A stretch of 33,946 bases of DNA from Octopus bimaculoides (GCF_001194135.2 NC_069006.1:14657389-14691334); one strand, 5' to 3'. Positions 12,104-25,670 are shown, counted from the stretch's first letter. Numbers and translations: made by a program. The notes: generated by a model not told the origin, from the letters alone.

Positions 12104-12774
12104 CTACGAGATCAAACTATACCGCTACCACCACCGCTACCAAAACCGTAACCCACTCTACCCCGCTTCCACTACCACCATAGCCCATTCCATCGCCGCC
12201 GACACCACATGCCACCCACCTGTACTACCACAAAATCAATGTCTTGAAGAAGAAAATATGTGAAAGCAAACGCTACTAACACCACCACCACTACTACTGC
12301 CAGCACCATCGCACCACCACCACCGCAACGAACAACGACAGCTACAAAATTGACAATATAACAGCTTATATCAACTATAGTAAAATTGACAACAACAACT
12401 ACTACCACAATAACAACAACAATAACAACAGTAAGAAGCCTGGAAGACAATAGCTAAACTGTTAATCTAACTAGAAAGAATCTATAGTTACAGAGGGGTT
12501 GTGTGGTGGTGGGGTTTCACCCTCAATTAACCCCCGGGGTTAATCACACCCAATTGCTGAAATCCTATTTCGACTCGACCTCGCTTCTTGGTTGAACATA
12601 CAGTGACGTAGTTGAAGCAGGATGGAAAGTGAAAGTAAAAGTAAAATATACAACGCTCACTCTACCCTCTCTCTTTCTCTATCTCATTCCCTCCCACTAA
12701 CCCTGTCTCTTGTTATCTCTCTCGTTATACAACCCTCTTTTTCTATCGCTTTATACAAGTCTCTCTCTCTCTGT

Positions 12775-12855
12775 CTATCTGTCAATCAATCAATCAATCA
12801 ATCTATCTATCTATCTATCTATCTATATATCTATCTATCTATCTATCTATCTACA
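12775..12855. repeat. (ATCA)n/(ATCT)n microsatellite
   Basis: Visible runs. Confidence 0.9.
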
Positions 12856-13075
12856 CCATATTCTGTCTGCTTCTTCTCTTTCTAGAACGGTTTCTCTTCA
12901 TGCTTCTCCTCTATTTCTTTCTATCTATTTCTAAAACTCCGTTTTAGCCTCAGTCTCTCTCTCTCTCTCTCTTCTCTATCTCTCCATATCTTTTTTCTCT
13001 CTCATCTATCTACCTATACATATATATTCCTGTATACATATATATACATATACATGCATATATATATATATATAT

Positions 13076-13276
13076 GGGAGAATTTACGAAAAAAAACAAC
13101 AACAGACGATGACAGGTGGTGTAAACAACAAAAGGATGTATTAGTATGACGCTCGGGAATAGAGAAAGTCTTTGACGTTTCGAGCTACGCTCTTCAACAG
13201 AAAGAATACGGAGAAAACAAGGAGAAAAACACGGAGAAAAAAAAATTGAATGGTTTGGTCAGCGATCTATCATGGC
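13076..13276 (-). mobile_element. Penelope-like element terminal (pseudo-LTR) fragment inserted in (TA)n
   Basis: Non-repetitive island flanked by (TA)n on both sides. It contains the minimal hammerhead/GAAACGTC motif typical of Penelope-like element termini. The family assignment rests on that motif. Confidence 0.6.
13169..13205 (-). ncRNA. Minimal type I hammerhead ribozyme motif (core variant)
   Basis: Minus strand: TCTTT-CTGTTGA-A-GAGC GTA GCTC-GAAAC-GTC-AAAGA. Stem I is TCTTT/AAAGA, stem II is GAGC/GCTC, stem III is the loopless palindrome ACGT, and the cleavage triplet is GUC. Deviations from the CUGANGA core are A6->U and one extra A. Confidence 0.6.
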
Positions 13277-13659
13277 ATATATATACATATATATATATAT
13301 ATANNNNNNNNNNNNNNNNNNNNNNNNNNNNNNNNNNNNNNNNNNNNNNNNNNNNNNNNNNNNNNNNNNNNNNNNNNNNNNNNNNNNNNNNNNNNNNNNN
13401 NNNNNNNNNNNNNNNNNNNNNNNNNNNNNNNNNNNNNNNNNNNNNNNNNNNNNNNNNNNNNNNNNNNNNNNNNNNNNNNNNNNNNNNNNNNNNNNNNNNN
13501 NNNNNNNNNNNNNNNNNNNNNGTTACCCCCCTCTTCTGTTTCTCTTCCTTCCTGCCTCGCCCTCTCCTCCATCTCTCTGTCTTTCTCTTTCCTTCTTTGC
13601 GATCCCTTATTTCCTTATTACAGCTCTTTCCAATTTTTCCTCTTTTTTTTCCTACAAAA

Positions 13660-13709
<50 letters not shown>

Positions 13710-13864
13710 TCTTTTTTCTTTCCTCCATGTTTCTCTCTTTCTCTAGCTTTATCTCTCTCTCTCTCTCCTTCTTCTCCATCTCTAGCTTTTTCTTTTTCTT
13801 CACACCTTCTTCTCACTAGCTTCACCTTTATCCACACTCTCCCTCCTTAGATTTACTACTCTCC

Positions 13865-14000
13865 TCCCTTTCTTTCCTTCTTCCTTCCTTTCCTTCCTTC
13901 CTTCCTTCCTTCCTTCCTTCCTTCCTTCCTTCTTTCCTTCCTTCCTTCCTCCTTTCCTTCCTTCCTTCCTCCCTTCCTTCCTTCCTTCCTTCCTTCCTCT
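13865..14000. repeat. (CCTT)n microsatellite
   Basis: Visible tetranucleotide array. Confidence 0.92.
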
Positions 14001-14554
14001 TCGCTCCGCATATCTAACTTTATCTTTTTCTCCTCCTCCTCCCAATCTCTCTCTAGTTTCATCTCTTCTCCCTCCTTTTTCCTCCACCCCCAACGTCCCT
14101 TTAAATTTGTATTTCTCTGCTCTCTCTCTCTCTCTCTCTATCTCTCCCCCTCCCCCCACACTCTCTCACCATCCCTATCTTACTTGGCCAAAGTCCTGAA
14201 TTCATTACAATGCTAAAAGATGAAACATTTAATCAATGTGTTGTAATGAAAAGAGTGGAGAGAGTTTTAATGACTTTTTTTCTTAAAAGTCATTTATACA
14301 GATCTTATCTTCAGTAACCATCCACGGGAAGACCCTTTGTTTCATTATAGTTCTTGACCCTTTAACTGCGAAATTAAATTTCATAGTTATTCTTGTAATG
14401 ATTTTAAATATCTACCGAAAAATAAAATTGGTATTTTCGGCGAATGACGCTGTATCAATAAACATCACATGTTCTGCAAAAAGTGGTTTCAAACATAACA
14501 TTTCTCAATAAAAGATACATCGTCATATAAGACTTATTTCAGCAGTTAAGGATA

Positions 14555-14595
14555 ATCTTTTCTTCTCTAAGCACAAGGCCCGAAATTTTGGGGGA
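14555..14595 (-). mobile_element. SINE family B tail remnant
   Basis: ctctaagcacaaggcccgaaattttgggg resembles ctataagcacaaagcctgtaatt at 32790. Confidence 0.4.
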
Positions 14596-14835
14596 GCAAT
14601 ATGGTGGAGAACATCCGTAAGGTATGTTGGTCACACTTGAGGTTCTAGCCGGGTCGATTGAAAACGTTTGCTTCTGACAAGACCCGATGAGAGGTGTCTT
14701 TGACGACTCTGCATCCGCGATCTTCAGGAATTCGTGGCTGAAGAAGATGAAATGAGATTACAAAATTAATACACAAATAATGTAATCGATGTTGATGAAT
14801 CTGCTCGCGAACATTCACATCTTCAATATTCATAC

Positions 14836-15039
14836 CTTTAATACCAGTCAAATACTGGAGTTTCGAGGCTCCGTAAAATAAGAACCAGCTGTTAATATCT
14901 TTTAGAAACAGCGAACACTTCATTTGCGAAATATGCAAATCAAGAGCCTTCAGCTCTGCCAATGACAGGAAGTTTTTAAAGGTAATGTAGGGCCACGTTA
15001 TCCTGTGTTCATGCATGCAGAAAGGCACATGCAAAAATA
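14836..15039 (-). CDS. Candidate internal coding exon of an unknown gene (204 nt, phase 1-1)
   Basis: Acceptor tgttccctttcag (AG 15041-15040) and donor AAG|GTATGA (14835) lie inside the longest non-repetitive open frame of the window (stop-to-stop 15059-14645). Translation: FLHVPFCMHEHRITWPYITFKNFLSLAELKALDLHISQMKCSLFLKDINSWFLFYGASKLQYLTGIK. No domain is recognised. Confidence 0.3.
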
Positions 15040-15346
15040 CTGAAAGGGAACATAGTTTCTAGAATCTCGAATTCAGTCACATTTTCCAGAATGAAGAAGA
15101 GACACACTGCAGCACGCTCTAATTATATTTGGCAGTTGAAAGTTTAATTTGCTGATTTGAATGAAACAGTAGACGACTTTCAATAAAAATCTTAATGTAA
15201 TGTAATGGAAAACAATATTCCCTCGTATGTTATGGGAAATATATTTACTCTCCGATGCCAGTGAATATATAACTTAATGTGCTCGATATATATATATACT
15301 TCTATGTGAGTGCATCTATGCATGTATGTACCTCTCACTCACTCAC

Positions 15347-15420
<74 letters not shown>

Positions 15421-17951
15421 CGTGCTTATTTGTTTATCTCTTTATCCATGAGTACAAGATTCAAAACTTTGTGACATACAATTTGCTTTATATTTGTATC
15501 TCAAAAATTCCCCTCTCGCTCTCTCCTTATTTCTTCGCCATCTCTGTCTTTCCCCCCACGTATATACAAATACATACATACATGTGTACATAAATGTACA
15601 TGTATGCATGTATGTATGTATGATTGTATGTATATGTATGTATGCATATATGTACGTATGTATATGTGTATCTATGTGCTTGTGCAAACATACATTTCGC
15701 AGATATATATATATATATATATATATATGTTTATCATTCAAATAAAAGAAGTGCACACATACAGTTAGATAACCAGATAAATATAAACGTATATATAATT
15801 ATATATATACATCTATATATCTATGTGTTTGTGTGCAAGTGTACGTGTGCGTGTGCGTNNNNNNNNNNTATATATATATATATATATATATGTCGGCATA
15901 CATTTTATATATACTTATACTCACATATGCATACACGTTTATAAAAGTGGTTTGTTCCTAATAATACTCTAATGACATAAGACAGTAACTAATTTGTATA
16001 ATAAAATCTGTCCAGACACTAAGTCAAGGAGGTCAAGCCAGAAGGGAGCGTAGCTAGTTGAAACAATTTGGAGAGAAACGTCTAACTATAACGATCAGTG
16101 GGAGAGTTTCTACCGAACTGCTTTTATATATATATATATAGATAGATAGATTCACATATATAGTTCCAGCGTACATATTTAAATTCATTCACAGTTTATC
16201 GAATCAGTAGACACGCTATCTTGGTACTTTATATAACTGGATATATATATATATATTTGTATGCACACACGCATACGCACATATATACACACATACACAC
16301 AAATGCACGCACAAACACACACACATACACACACATGCACGCACAAACACACATATACACACACACACATATATATATAGCAATATATATATTTATATAA
16401 TTCCATATGTATATATGTGTATATACACACACATATATATATATGTAAATGTATAAGTATGTATAGCTATATGTGCATCTTTCTATATATACCTATATAT
16501 ACCTATATATATCATACATACATATGTATGCATATCTATATATACGTCTATGGCTGCGTGTTTCTTTGCTTGTTGTTATAAGTAGCCAGCCAAATCAGCG
16601 AAGATTGATGTTGGAGGCCGCTGAAATCTGGCTCCTTTGAGAATAATATTTAAAATGCCGGTTTCTAGTAAACAATGGCTCACAATTTATAGGTCGCCGT
16701 GATGAAGGTATATGTGGAGGTTGCGCTGGTGCTTGTGGTGATTGCGTTGTTGTTGACAGTATTAATAATGCGGTTTATGTGAATGCAGATATTGAGATTT
16801 TTTATCACTGTGATGTGGTGCCTACGATGTCCGCGGTGGCAGTAGTTGTCGTGTTTGAGTTAACCCTTAAAAGGCGGGGGGAATGTTGTATCACTGCCCT
16901 ATGTCACTCAGACAAAGAACAAAGAAAATCTTACACATTCTCAATCTTGAGAAATTATGTTTCTGAAAACCAGAGAGGAGAAAGCTGATTCTAAAACTAC
17001 ATATCCAAGTCATCGCTGGGACTGTAATGTAAATATCTGTCAAACTCTCCAGAGGTTTATCATTTAAGTATATATGAGCATGTCTAGATATGCAAGTATA
17101 TGTATGAGAATACATACATAAAGCAAAACATACAAATCTGCTCACTTACATACAAAAATACATAGAAAAATACCCTGTTGATGTTGTTGAAATTTCAATG
17201 AAGGAGTCTTGGATCTAGGTTAGAAACCGGCGCTTTCTCTATTGGCAAGAAATCTTGAGATAAAACAAAATAATGACATATATGCATACATAACTATATA
17301 CGCATATATCTATGAATACATAGTTGCATATCAATACACATTATTTGTGCGTATGCTTTTGTGTGCACCAAGGTGTGAATTTCTTGAATACCAAGTGTCT
17401 AAATGTACAGACACACACCACACACACATTTTTACATTCACATGCAATCATATACATACTGCTCATACATTCGCACATTTATATTTCTCTTAACCAATGC
17501 ATACACATATGCATGAATACACACTACATACAAGCTCATAAAACAGACATTTTATATACTATTTACAGACAATAGCTTTGAGAAGTTTTGCAATAAAGAA
17601 GGTGCACGCGTGCATATACTCAGTTCAAGATTCAGACACTGGGTAGCCTATGGTCTCTCTCTCTCTCTCTCTCTCTCTTTCATTCTTTCTTTCTTTCCTT
17701 CTCTCTCTCTCTCTGCTTTTGCTTGCACGCTCTTTCATATATGTGTATATATATATGTACAGCAGTGTTTGATTGTTAAAATACTATAAAATCGATGTAG
17801 TTTCACTTTCGTTTTCAAATCCTAAGAGTAATAGCGAGATCAAATATCTAATATTTACTGGAGGGCACGCAACGGTAGATTCACGAATGTATATATATAA
17901 ACATATACATATGCATGCGTATATATAATGTGTGTGTATACATACACACAC

Positions 17952-17995
<44 letters not shown>

Positions 17996-18116
17996 NNNNN
18001 NNNNNNNNNNNNNNNNNNNNNNNNNNNNNNNNNNNNNNNNNNNNNNNNNNNNNNNNNNNNNNNNNNNNNNNNNNNNNNNNNNNNNNNNNNNNNNNNNNNN
18101 NNNNNNNNNNNNNNNN

Positions 18117-18179
<63 letters not shown>

Positions 18180-18731
18180 ATAAAACACACGCATATATAA
18201 GGATAAATATTTGTTTATATGTGTTTAGTGTATATATGCGTCTGAGTACATGTGTATGCGTGTACGTGAAATTTTTCATTCTCTCTCTATATATATGTTT
18301 GTGTGTGTATATATGTGTGTGTTTGTGTGTGTGTAACTATACTTCTGTTTTATACTTTTATTGGCTTTTAGTTGATTATAGAGACACTAGTAACTATTAC
18401 AGTGTAGCACATATTTTATCGATCTTTATCGAATGGCTTCGAGAGGTTACCTTTCCGACAAAGGAATGTAAATCGCTGCACTGCTACGTAGCGCTTCTTA
18501 AAAGCGCATTCACGTGTACACACAACGATATGTACATATATGCACATATATATGTGTGTGTGCATGTGTGTGTGCATGTGTGTGTGCGCGTATGTGTGCA
18601 GTTATATACGTGTGCGTGAGTTGTCCTGAAGATATCTACAACTTCTCAAAAACAAACGAGCACATTTTGAAAATACATATAAATAACTACATACATACAT
18701 ACATAAATGCATACATATATACATATATATA

Positions 18732-18777
<46 letters not shown>

Positions 18778-18954
18778 TATATCTTCACATACATGTGTAG
18801 AGAGAGAGGGAAATAGGAAGGGAGAGAGAGAGACAGACAGACAGATTGACACACAGATTATCTTAGAATACGACAGAAATGAAAACATCGGTATCGAAAG
18901 TTAGTCTGAGGTCATGGCCGTGCATTTGTTGATATATATGCTTAGCTGAACGCG

Positions 18955-18966
18955 TGCACACACATA

Positions 18967-19043
<77 letters not shown>

Positions 19044-19055
19044 TCACACACACAT
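18955..19055. repeat. (CA)n microsatellite
   Basis: Long, nearly perfect CA run. Confidence 0.95.
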
Positions 19056-19414
19056 GCCGCAACAACAAAAAGAATCACTAGATGTTATTTATTATGCGTA
19101 GTGTTCAAAATTCTAGGTTTACAACGCTTCATTGGGTATTATATTTTTTTATTCGAAACTAGAAACTAAATTGTTTACAAAAATAACCTTGTTGAATGTC
19201 TCTGATGTCTTCATATACATGTATAGAGAAATACACCCATACAAACATACACACACACACACGCACATACACACGCATACACACACACACACACATGAAT
19301 GAGTGTGTGTATTTATGTGTTATATCCATGTATAATGCGTTTTGCATGTATATGCCTGTATATGCATACTATGCATATATGTATACATAAATATATATAC
19401 ACATATTTCTATGC

Positions 19415-19465
<51 letters not shown>

Positions 19466-19959
19466 NNNNNNNNNNNNNNNNNNNNNNNNNNNNNNNNNNN
19501 NNNNNNNNNNNNNNNNNNNNNNNNNNNNNNNNNNNNNNNNNNNNNNNNNNNNNNNNNNNNNNNNNNNNNNNNNNNNNNNNNNNNNNNNNNNNNNNNNNNN
19601 NNNNNNNNNNNNNNNNNNNNNNNNNNNNNNNNNNNNNNNNNNNNNNNNNNNNNNNNNNNNNNNNNNNNNNNNNNNNNNNNNNNNNNNNNNNNNNNNNNNN
19701 NNNNNNNNNNNNNNNNNNNNNNNNNNNNNNNNNNNNNNNNNNNNNNNNNNNNNNNNNNNNNNNNNNNNNNNNNNNNNNNNNNNNNNNNNNNNNNNNNNNN
19801 NNNNNNNNNNNNNNNNNNNNNNNNNNNNNNNNNNNNNNNNNNNNNNNNNNNNNNNNNNNNNNNNNNNNNNNNNNNNNNNNNNNNNNNNNNNNNNNNNNNN
19901 NNNNNNNNNNNNNNNNNNNNNNNNNNNNNNNNNNNNNNNNNNNNNNNNNNNNNNNNNNN

Positions 19960-19992
<33 letters not shown>

Positions 19993-21164
19993 TATGCAAA
20001 TTCTCAAAATACAAATAGAAGCAACCTGAATGTAAAGCCTTAAAAGCAGAAGCAATCCTTATGGTAATTGGTGTAGTAGATAGATATGCTTAAAAAACCT
20101 ACAGACAAATACGTAACCAAATCACCAAAACTTACGAATCTATATATCATACAGTACACAGCACTACCGGCCCCCCCCCACTTCTAATACTTCTCCACGC
20201 TCTAGAAATAGACACTAAAAGACGCTAATACCACCTTTAAAACCCCGAAAATAAAATACGGGCTGTAGTCGAGCAAAAGAAAGATAATGAATGAAACTTT
20301 TGGCTAAACGTGTACAAGATCCCGTGTTGAGCTTAAGGCAAAAAAACATTATATCTGCTACTATCTTCAGGTGGTGGTGGTAGTAGTAGTGGTGTTACAG
20401 ATGCTGTATTAGTAGTAGTAGTAAGAGGAGGGGAAAAAGAGAGAAAGGGAAAAGTGAAGAAAGGGAAGAGAGGAGTATGAGGGAAATGAAGGGGAGGGGA
20501 GAGAAGGAGTTTCAACAACATTATCACCCAAAAATATGGCGCTGAATGCTGAGTTATTGAATACCATGTCCATGAGATACATTTTTCTTTCTTTTATTCA
20601 TTTATTGGAATCGTCTGACCAATATTCTTGGAAGAGTGTTTACTAATCCACGACAATTCCGAATATATACATTTAGCAATTGTCAGTGCTCTTAATGTAC
20701 GAAGAAAACCAATGCAATTTTACGATTCAAAATGGAGGATAGCAAAAACAACACTGCAAAAGCGAGGTATGAAATCTCCTAACATACTAACTCATTATAT
20801 ACCTCGAAGTTGAATGAAAAGCAAAAAATGTATAACGGAAAAGGACTTAATAAAAAGAAGTCTGTTCTAGAAATTTCTAGGCATTTTATTCTTGTTTTTC
20901 TTTCAATCTCAGCTTTTTTCGTTAGATTGTGTCAAGTTCATTAAAAGACATAATCACCTGTGTTAACGTTGTCATGGTATAGACGTTTATACACGCATCA
21001 CTGGTTCGAATTTCTCTTAGGTTCCAGGAAGCGATGGGCATTTCACACATCAGCAAACTATTTTAATCAAGCAATTTTTCAGCCAAGTGCGAGCTACCTT
21101 CGGATTAATTAGACACACAAACCTTTCAAACGTGGAAGTAGCTATATTTATATAAATCTATCTG

Positions 21165-21171
21165 TTTCTGC

Positions 21172-21222
<51 letters not shown>

Positions 21223-21248
21223 ACTATCTATCTATCTATCTATCTATT

Positions 21249-21304
<56 letters not shown>

Positions 21305-21305
21305 T
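21165..21305. repeat. (TATC)n-(TTTC)n microsatellite
   Basis: Visible runs leading into an N-gap. Confidence 0.92.
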
Positions 21306-21546
21306 NNNNNNNNNNNNNNNNNNNNNNNNNNNNNNNNNNNNNNNNNNNNNNNNNNNNNNNNNNNNNNNNNNNNNNNNNNNNNNNNNNNNNNNNNNNNNNN
21401 NNNNNNNNNNNNNNNNNNNNNNNNNNNNNNNNNNNNNNNNNNNNNNNNNNNNNNNNNNNNNNNNNNNNNNNNNNNNATATATGTATCTTTCTGTATATGT
21501 ATCCATCATCCATCTGTCTGTCTATCTGTCTGTCTGTCTGTCTGTC

Positions 21547-21605
<59 letters not shown>

Positions 21606-21899
21606 ATCTATATTTCTATCTATCCATCCATCTATCTATCTGTCTATCTATCTCTGCCTGCCTATTTATCCATCTCCCTCCACTGTCTCTGTTTGTAATG
21701 TGTCTGTCAGAAAACGTACAATAACAGGCAATACAAGTATACATATAAGGAAGAGGAATTTTGTTCATCCGAGCGAAATATTTAACAGCTGAAAGTGTGC
21801 AATAATTCAGCAGGTATTAAGTGCTACACGTTTATGACTACGCGTAACACATGAACGAAAGGGATAGACATATTACCTATCTAACAATCTATGTAGCTT

Positions 21900-21940
<41 letters not shown>

Positions 21941-22014
21941 TTCGAGTACCCATCACCGACGAGACCAAGGAAGGTGGAAATTATGTGATCTGGTGCTTCC
22001 GGATTTTGTTTCGA

Positions 22015-22135
22015 ATGAGTACCACGCTCAAAAATGAATAACTACTGGAGACGATTCATTGGACTAAAAATTCTTCAAGGTGGTGCCCCAGCATGGCTGC
22101 AGACTAATTCCTTAAACACGTAAAAGCTAAAGAGA
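22015..22135 (+). mobile_element. Decayed SINE family A tail
   Basis: actactggagacgattcattggactaaaaattcttcaaggtggtgccccagcatggctgcagac...gtaaaag matches the family A tail (aaggcggtgctccagcatggcc). Confidence 0.6.
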
Positions 22136-22189
22136 TTAAGAAAAAGGATATAGTCAGAATTTTGGATTTGTTTTTTTTTAATATTTATT

Positions 22190-22477
22190 TATGCAGCAAC
22201 AATAAAAACAACAATGTCAACAGTTATAAGGAGTACAAGTACGACGAGGAATACAGAAGCGGAAAGAGCAGGAACAGCAACAGCAAAAATATCAGAAACA
22301 ACTGCAAAATTTTAAAAACTACTACAGAAATGATAACGAGAGGGATCTTCAACAGCTGCTGCAACAAAAACAACAAAATATGTCGCAACAACAACAACAA
22401 CAACAAGTGGAACCAACAAGTGCGACAACAACAGCTGTACACTTTAGAATTAGATCTTCAATAAGAACAATAACATC

Positions 22478-22517
<40 letters not shown>

Positions 22518-22575
22518 CTTGTAAAAACCAAGAGCAATAGAACCGACAACCGACAACAGCAACAGCTGCAACAAC
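22190..22575. repeat. Degenerate (CAA/CAG)n trinucleotide tract
   Basis: Visible runs interleaved with decayed units. Confidence 0.8.
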
Positions 22576-23837
22576 TAGATGCAGATCATGTGAACAACCA
22601 ACTGCTGAGTACATTCTTTGCTGCAGGAGAATTGCATATAATTGTAATGTAAATGGAAAATTGCAGAGAATCTATCGATCTCTCCTGTAACTAGGATTCA
22701 ATTTCAAACACGTTTATTTTTTTTTTTTTCGAACATGATCAATAAATAATTTTTCTGAGAGCGGTAGAAGGGGGAAAAAAAAAAAAGATCCCCCGGGACT
22801 CATCAGGTACGTTTGTTTTATGCTTTGTATGTTATATATAAAATAAACATAGACGTACATATATAATGCTTGACGAGTGATGATTGAGTGATGAGTGAGT
22901 GAACATGTGTGTGTGAGTGTGAGTGTGAGTGTACGTGTGTGTGAAGACATATGTCAGGTAGGTCGTGAAATAAAAGCAACTGGTAACATCTAAAATTCTT
23001 CGTAGTTGGGTCATCGATAACTGAACCAGCACACCTCACAGGTAGTTCCCCCCCCCCCATCTGATGAAGCGTTTTGCTAAAACTCTAGCTGGTCATATAC
23101 GATATCATCTGAAAGGAGCTGATAGAGTAGCGCAGAAATCGGGGCTGGCAGGTATGCTGCGAGGCAGTAAAAGTGGGCTGTCGATATGTCATCTTCCAGC
23201 TTAGAAAACAGAAAGATATATTTAAAACTATATTCCTTGAGACCCGAAAAAGAAACAAAAAGCAACAAAATGCTCAAAATTTGAAGGAGGAGGAGTAACG
23301 GAAAATGTACTCCGAGGTATATTATGCTTTAAAGAATGAATAAAAATATAGATCGGATATGGTTGGAATGGCACGAAATGCCCATAAATATACGCAATGA
23401 GAGCGGATTTGGAGTCAAACACTCGTAACAGCAGCAGGGAACAGTTCTACCAACAACATGTGGGACTCTAAACGCATTATATAACAGAATTTCTAGAACA
23501 AATTCTTGAACATTAGCTGACATTTGACCATACATACTGTTTTGTTCTGCATTTATGTATTTCATATTTTTAGTTTTACTATACTATTATATCATGGCTT
23601 GCGAGGTAGAAAGAAAACAAGTAAATATTAAATGCCATTGAAGTCATAGAAATAGATAAAAATTGGACAGAATTGCTGCGTTATGGACCCGATAACGTCA
23701 CTGGAACCCTCTTAAATCATGCAAGGATAGCTTTGTTAAATAACTTCTGGCAATAATCCAAAAGATTTCTGCGGCAATAGCAAGGTAACTAAATCGATGT
23801 AAAATGAAAGTAAAAACAATATATGATGATGCTGGTG

Positions 23838-23897
<60 letters not shown>
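23838..23897. repeat. (TAA)n microsatellite
   Basis: Perfect run. Confidence 0.95.
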
Positions 23898-24376
23898 GTA
23901 ATCCTTATCCATACATAAATCATGATGCCGAAAAAATCCCTCAGAAAAAATAAATGTAACAGCTTTGCCAACGTGTATAAGACTTTTACAGGTCAGCAAG
24001 ATTATAGAAGGCATTATCAAAGAAATATTTCATAGTGTTCATAAAGAAAAGCGAACATTTATTGTGTGTGTGTGTGTGTGTGTGCGCGTCCATGTTTGCG
24101 TGTATGCATATGTGAAATAATCAGTATGTTTTCTCTCCAATTAAAAGTATGTTTCATAAAGAATCCAGAGATAAAAAAAAAGAAAAGAAAAACCACCAAC
24201 TGTAACACTATTAAGCAATCTTATCGCTGGTAACTAATTCGGTGAAAGGCAATCATAATATAAAATGAAATACAATTCCCTGTTAAGTAATACTCATTGC
24301 TTAGCCAAGATGCACTAATGATATATTGACTGTAATCCAATACCTTAGTTAATGAACACCGCGTCGTGATATAGTC

Positions 24377-24476
24377 GCGGACGTAGCTGTGTGGGTAAGG
24401 AGTTCGCTTTGTAATTACATGATGACGGGTTCACTCCCAAGCAGAGCACCTTGGGTAACAGTTTTTTTTTCTTTTA

Positions 24477-24516
<40 letters not shown>

Positions 24517-24589
24517 CCTATCTATCTATCTGTCCGTCCGTCTGTCAGTCTATCTGCCTGTCTGTCTGTCTGTCTGTTTATTTGTCTGT

Positions 24590-24623
<34 letters not shown>

Positions 24624-24737
24624 GTATGCGTCAATATGTCTGTGTTTGTCTGAATCTGTCAAACACTCACGCATACTCACTCTCCTTCGACCAATGCCTT
24701 GCGAGTAATTTTGGTAGATAGAAACTGTGTGGAAGAC
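24377..24737 (+). mobile_element. Decayed SINE family A head, interrupted by one arm of an inverted duplication
   Basis: gtagctgtgtgggtaag...gggttcactccc...gcaccttgggtaa (24377-24460) resumes as cgaccaatgccttgcgagt...ttggtagatagaaactg (24688-24737). Confidence 0.6.
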
Positions 24738-24957
24738 AGGCGGCAAGGTGGCAGAAACGTTAGCATGCCGGGCGAAATGCTTAGCGGTATTTCGTCTGCC
24801 GTTACGTTCTGAGTTCAAATTCCGCCGAGGTCGACTTTGCCTTTCATCCTTTCTGGGTCGACAAAATAAGTACCAGTTGAGCACTGGGGTCGATGTAATC
24901 AACATATTACTTTCCCCGTAATTGCTGGCCTAGTGCCAAAATTTAAAATCAATAATT
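24738..24957 (+). mobile_element. tRNA-derived SINE, family B (full length)
   Basis: ggcggcaaggtggcagaaacgttagcatgccgggcgaaatgcttagcggtatttcg..., B-box gagttcaaattcc, gaggtcgactttgcctttcatcc..., gtaccagttgagcactggggtcgatgtaatc, tail gtgccaaaattt. Confidence 0.88.
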
Positions 24958-24964
24958 CTGAGGT

Positions 24965-25162
24965 GGTTAAAGCAGCAAGCTGGCAGAATCGTTAGCACGA
25001 CGGGCTAAATGTTTAGCAGCATTTCGACCGTCTTGACATTCCGAGTTCAGATTCTGGCGAGGCCAACTTCACCTTTCACCCCTTCTGGGATTCGAACACT
25101 GGAATCTACGTACCCACTCCATCGGAACTGCTGGCTTTGTGCAAAAATTTGAAACCAATATT
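24965..25162 (+). mobile_element. Older SINE family B copy in tandem
   Basis: gcaagctggcagaatcgttagcacgacgggctaaatgtttagcagcatttcg...gagttcagattctggcgaggccaacttcacctttcacccc...gtgcaaaaatttgaaaccaat. Confidence 0.8.
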
Positions 25163-25631
25163 TAACATACTGAAGGTGAAAAATGAGAATCCCTTCCAGT
25201 GCTCATCAGCCTTTACTTCCCGTTTCATAGAAGTTAAGTAAAACATTGACATATAAATGTATCATTATTATTGTCAATATAGAGAACTAATGAAGTTTTC
25301 GTTTTGCGTGCAAGTAGCTGCGCACATATAAGTCACTTCTTTTTCCTCCACCATTGTCTTTCGTTTCCATTAATGGTAATCCACAACATAAGAGATGGCT
25401 GCCAAGCAAAATTCGCCATTGGTATCACTCTTCGTGGAAAGGTCAGTAGCTTCGCAAAACCTGAATATTGTGTCTGGATAGATCCTCATTAACCTGTGAA
25501 ATGTGTACTTCGTAAAGCTTCTCCAACACGATAAGACGGGATTCTGTAGCTTGTTTTCTTTTCTTCGAAGGAGAGTGAGTATGCGTGAGTGTTTGACAGA
25601 TTCAGACAAACACAGACATATTGACGCTTAC

Positions 25632-25670
<39 letters not shown>

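Noticed and set aside
16690-16988. About 100-codon plus-strand open frame (GRRDEGICGGCAGACG...)
   Set aside because: Built on degenerate GTG/GTT trinucleotide sequence like other decayed tracts at 11020, 12120 and 32400; no domain.
20732-20772. aaaATGG...GAG|GTATGA, a possible first exon on the plus strand (MEDSKNNTAKAR)
   Set aside because: Too short to distinguish from chance, with no convincing downstream partner exon.
22787-22806. Minus-strand CTGATGAGTCCCGGGGGAT resembling a hammerhead 5' core and stem II
   Set aside because: The required GAAA and stem III are absent; poly-T follows.
23061-23095. CTGATGAAGC-GTTTT-GCTAAAAC...GTC hammerhead-like string
   Set aside because: G12 is missing and stem I has only 2 bp.
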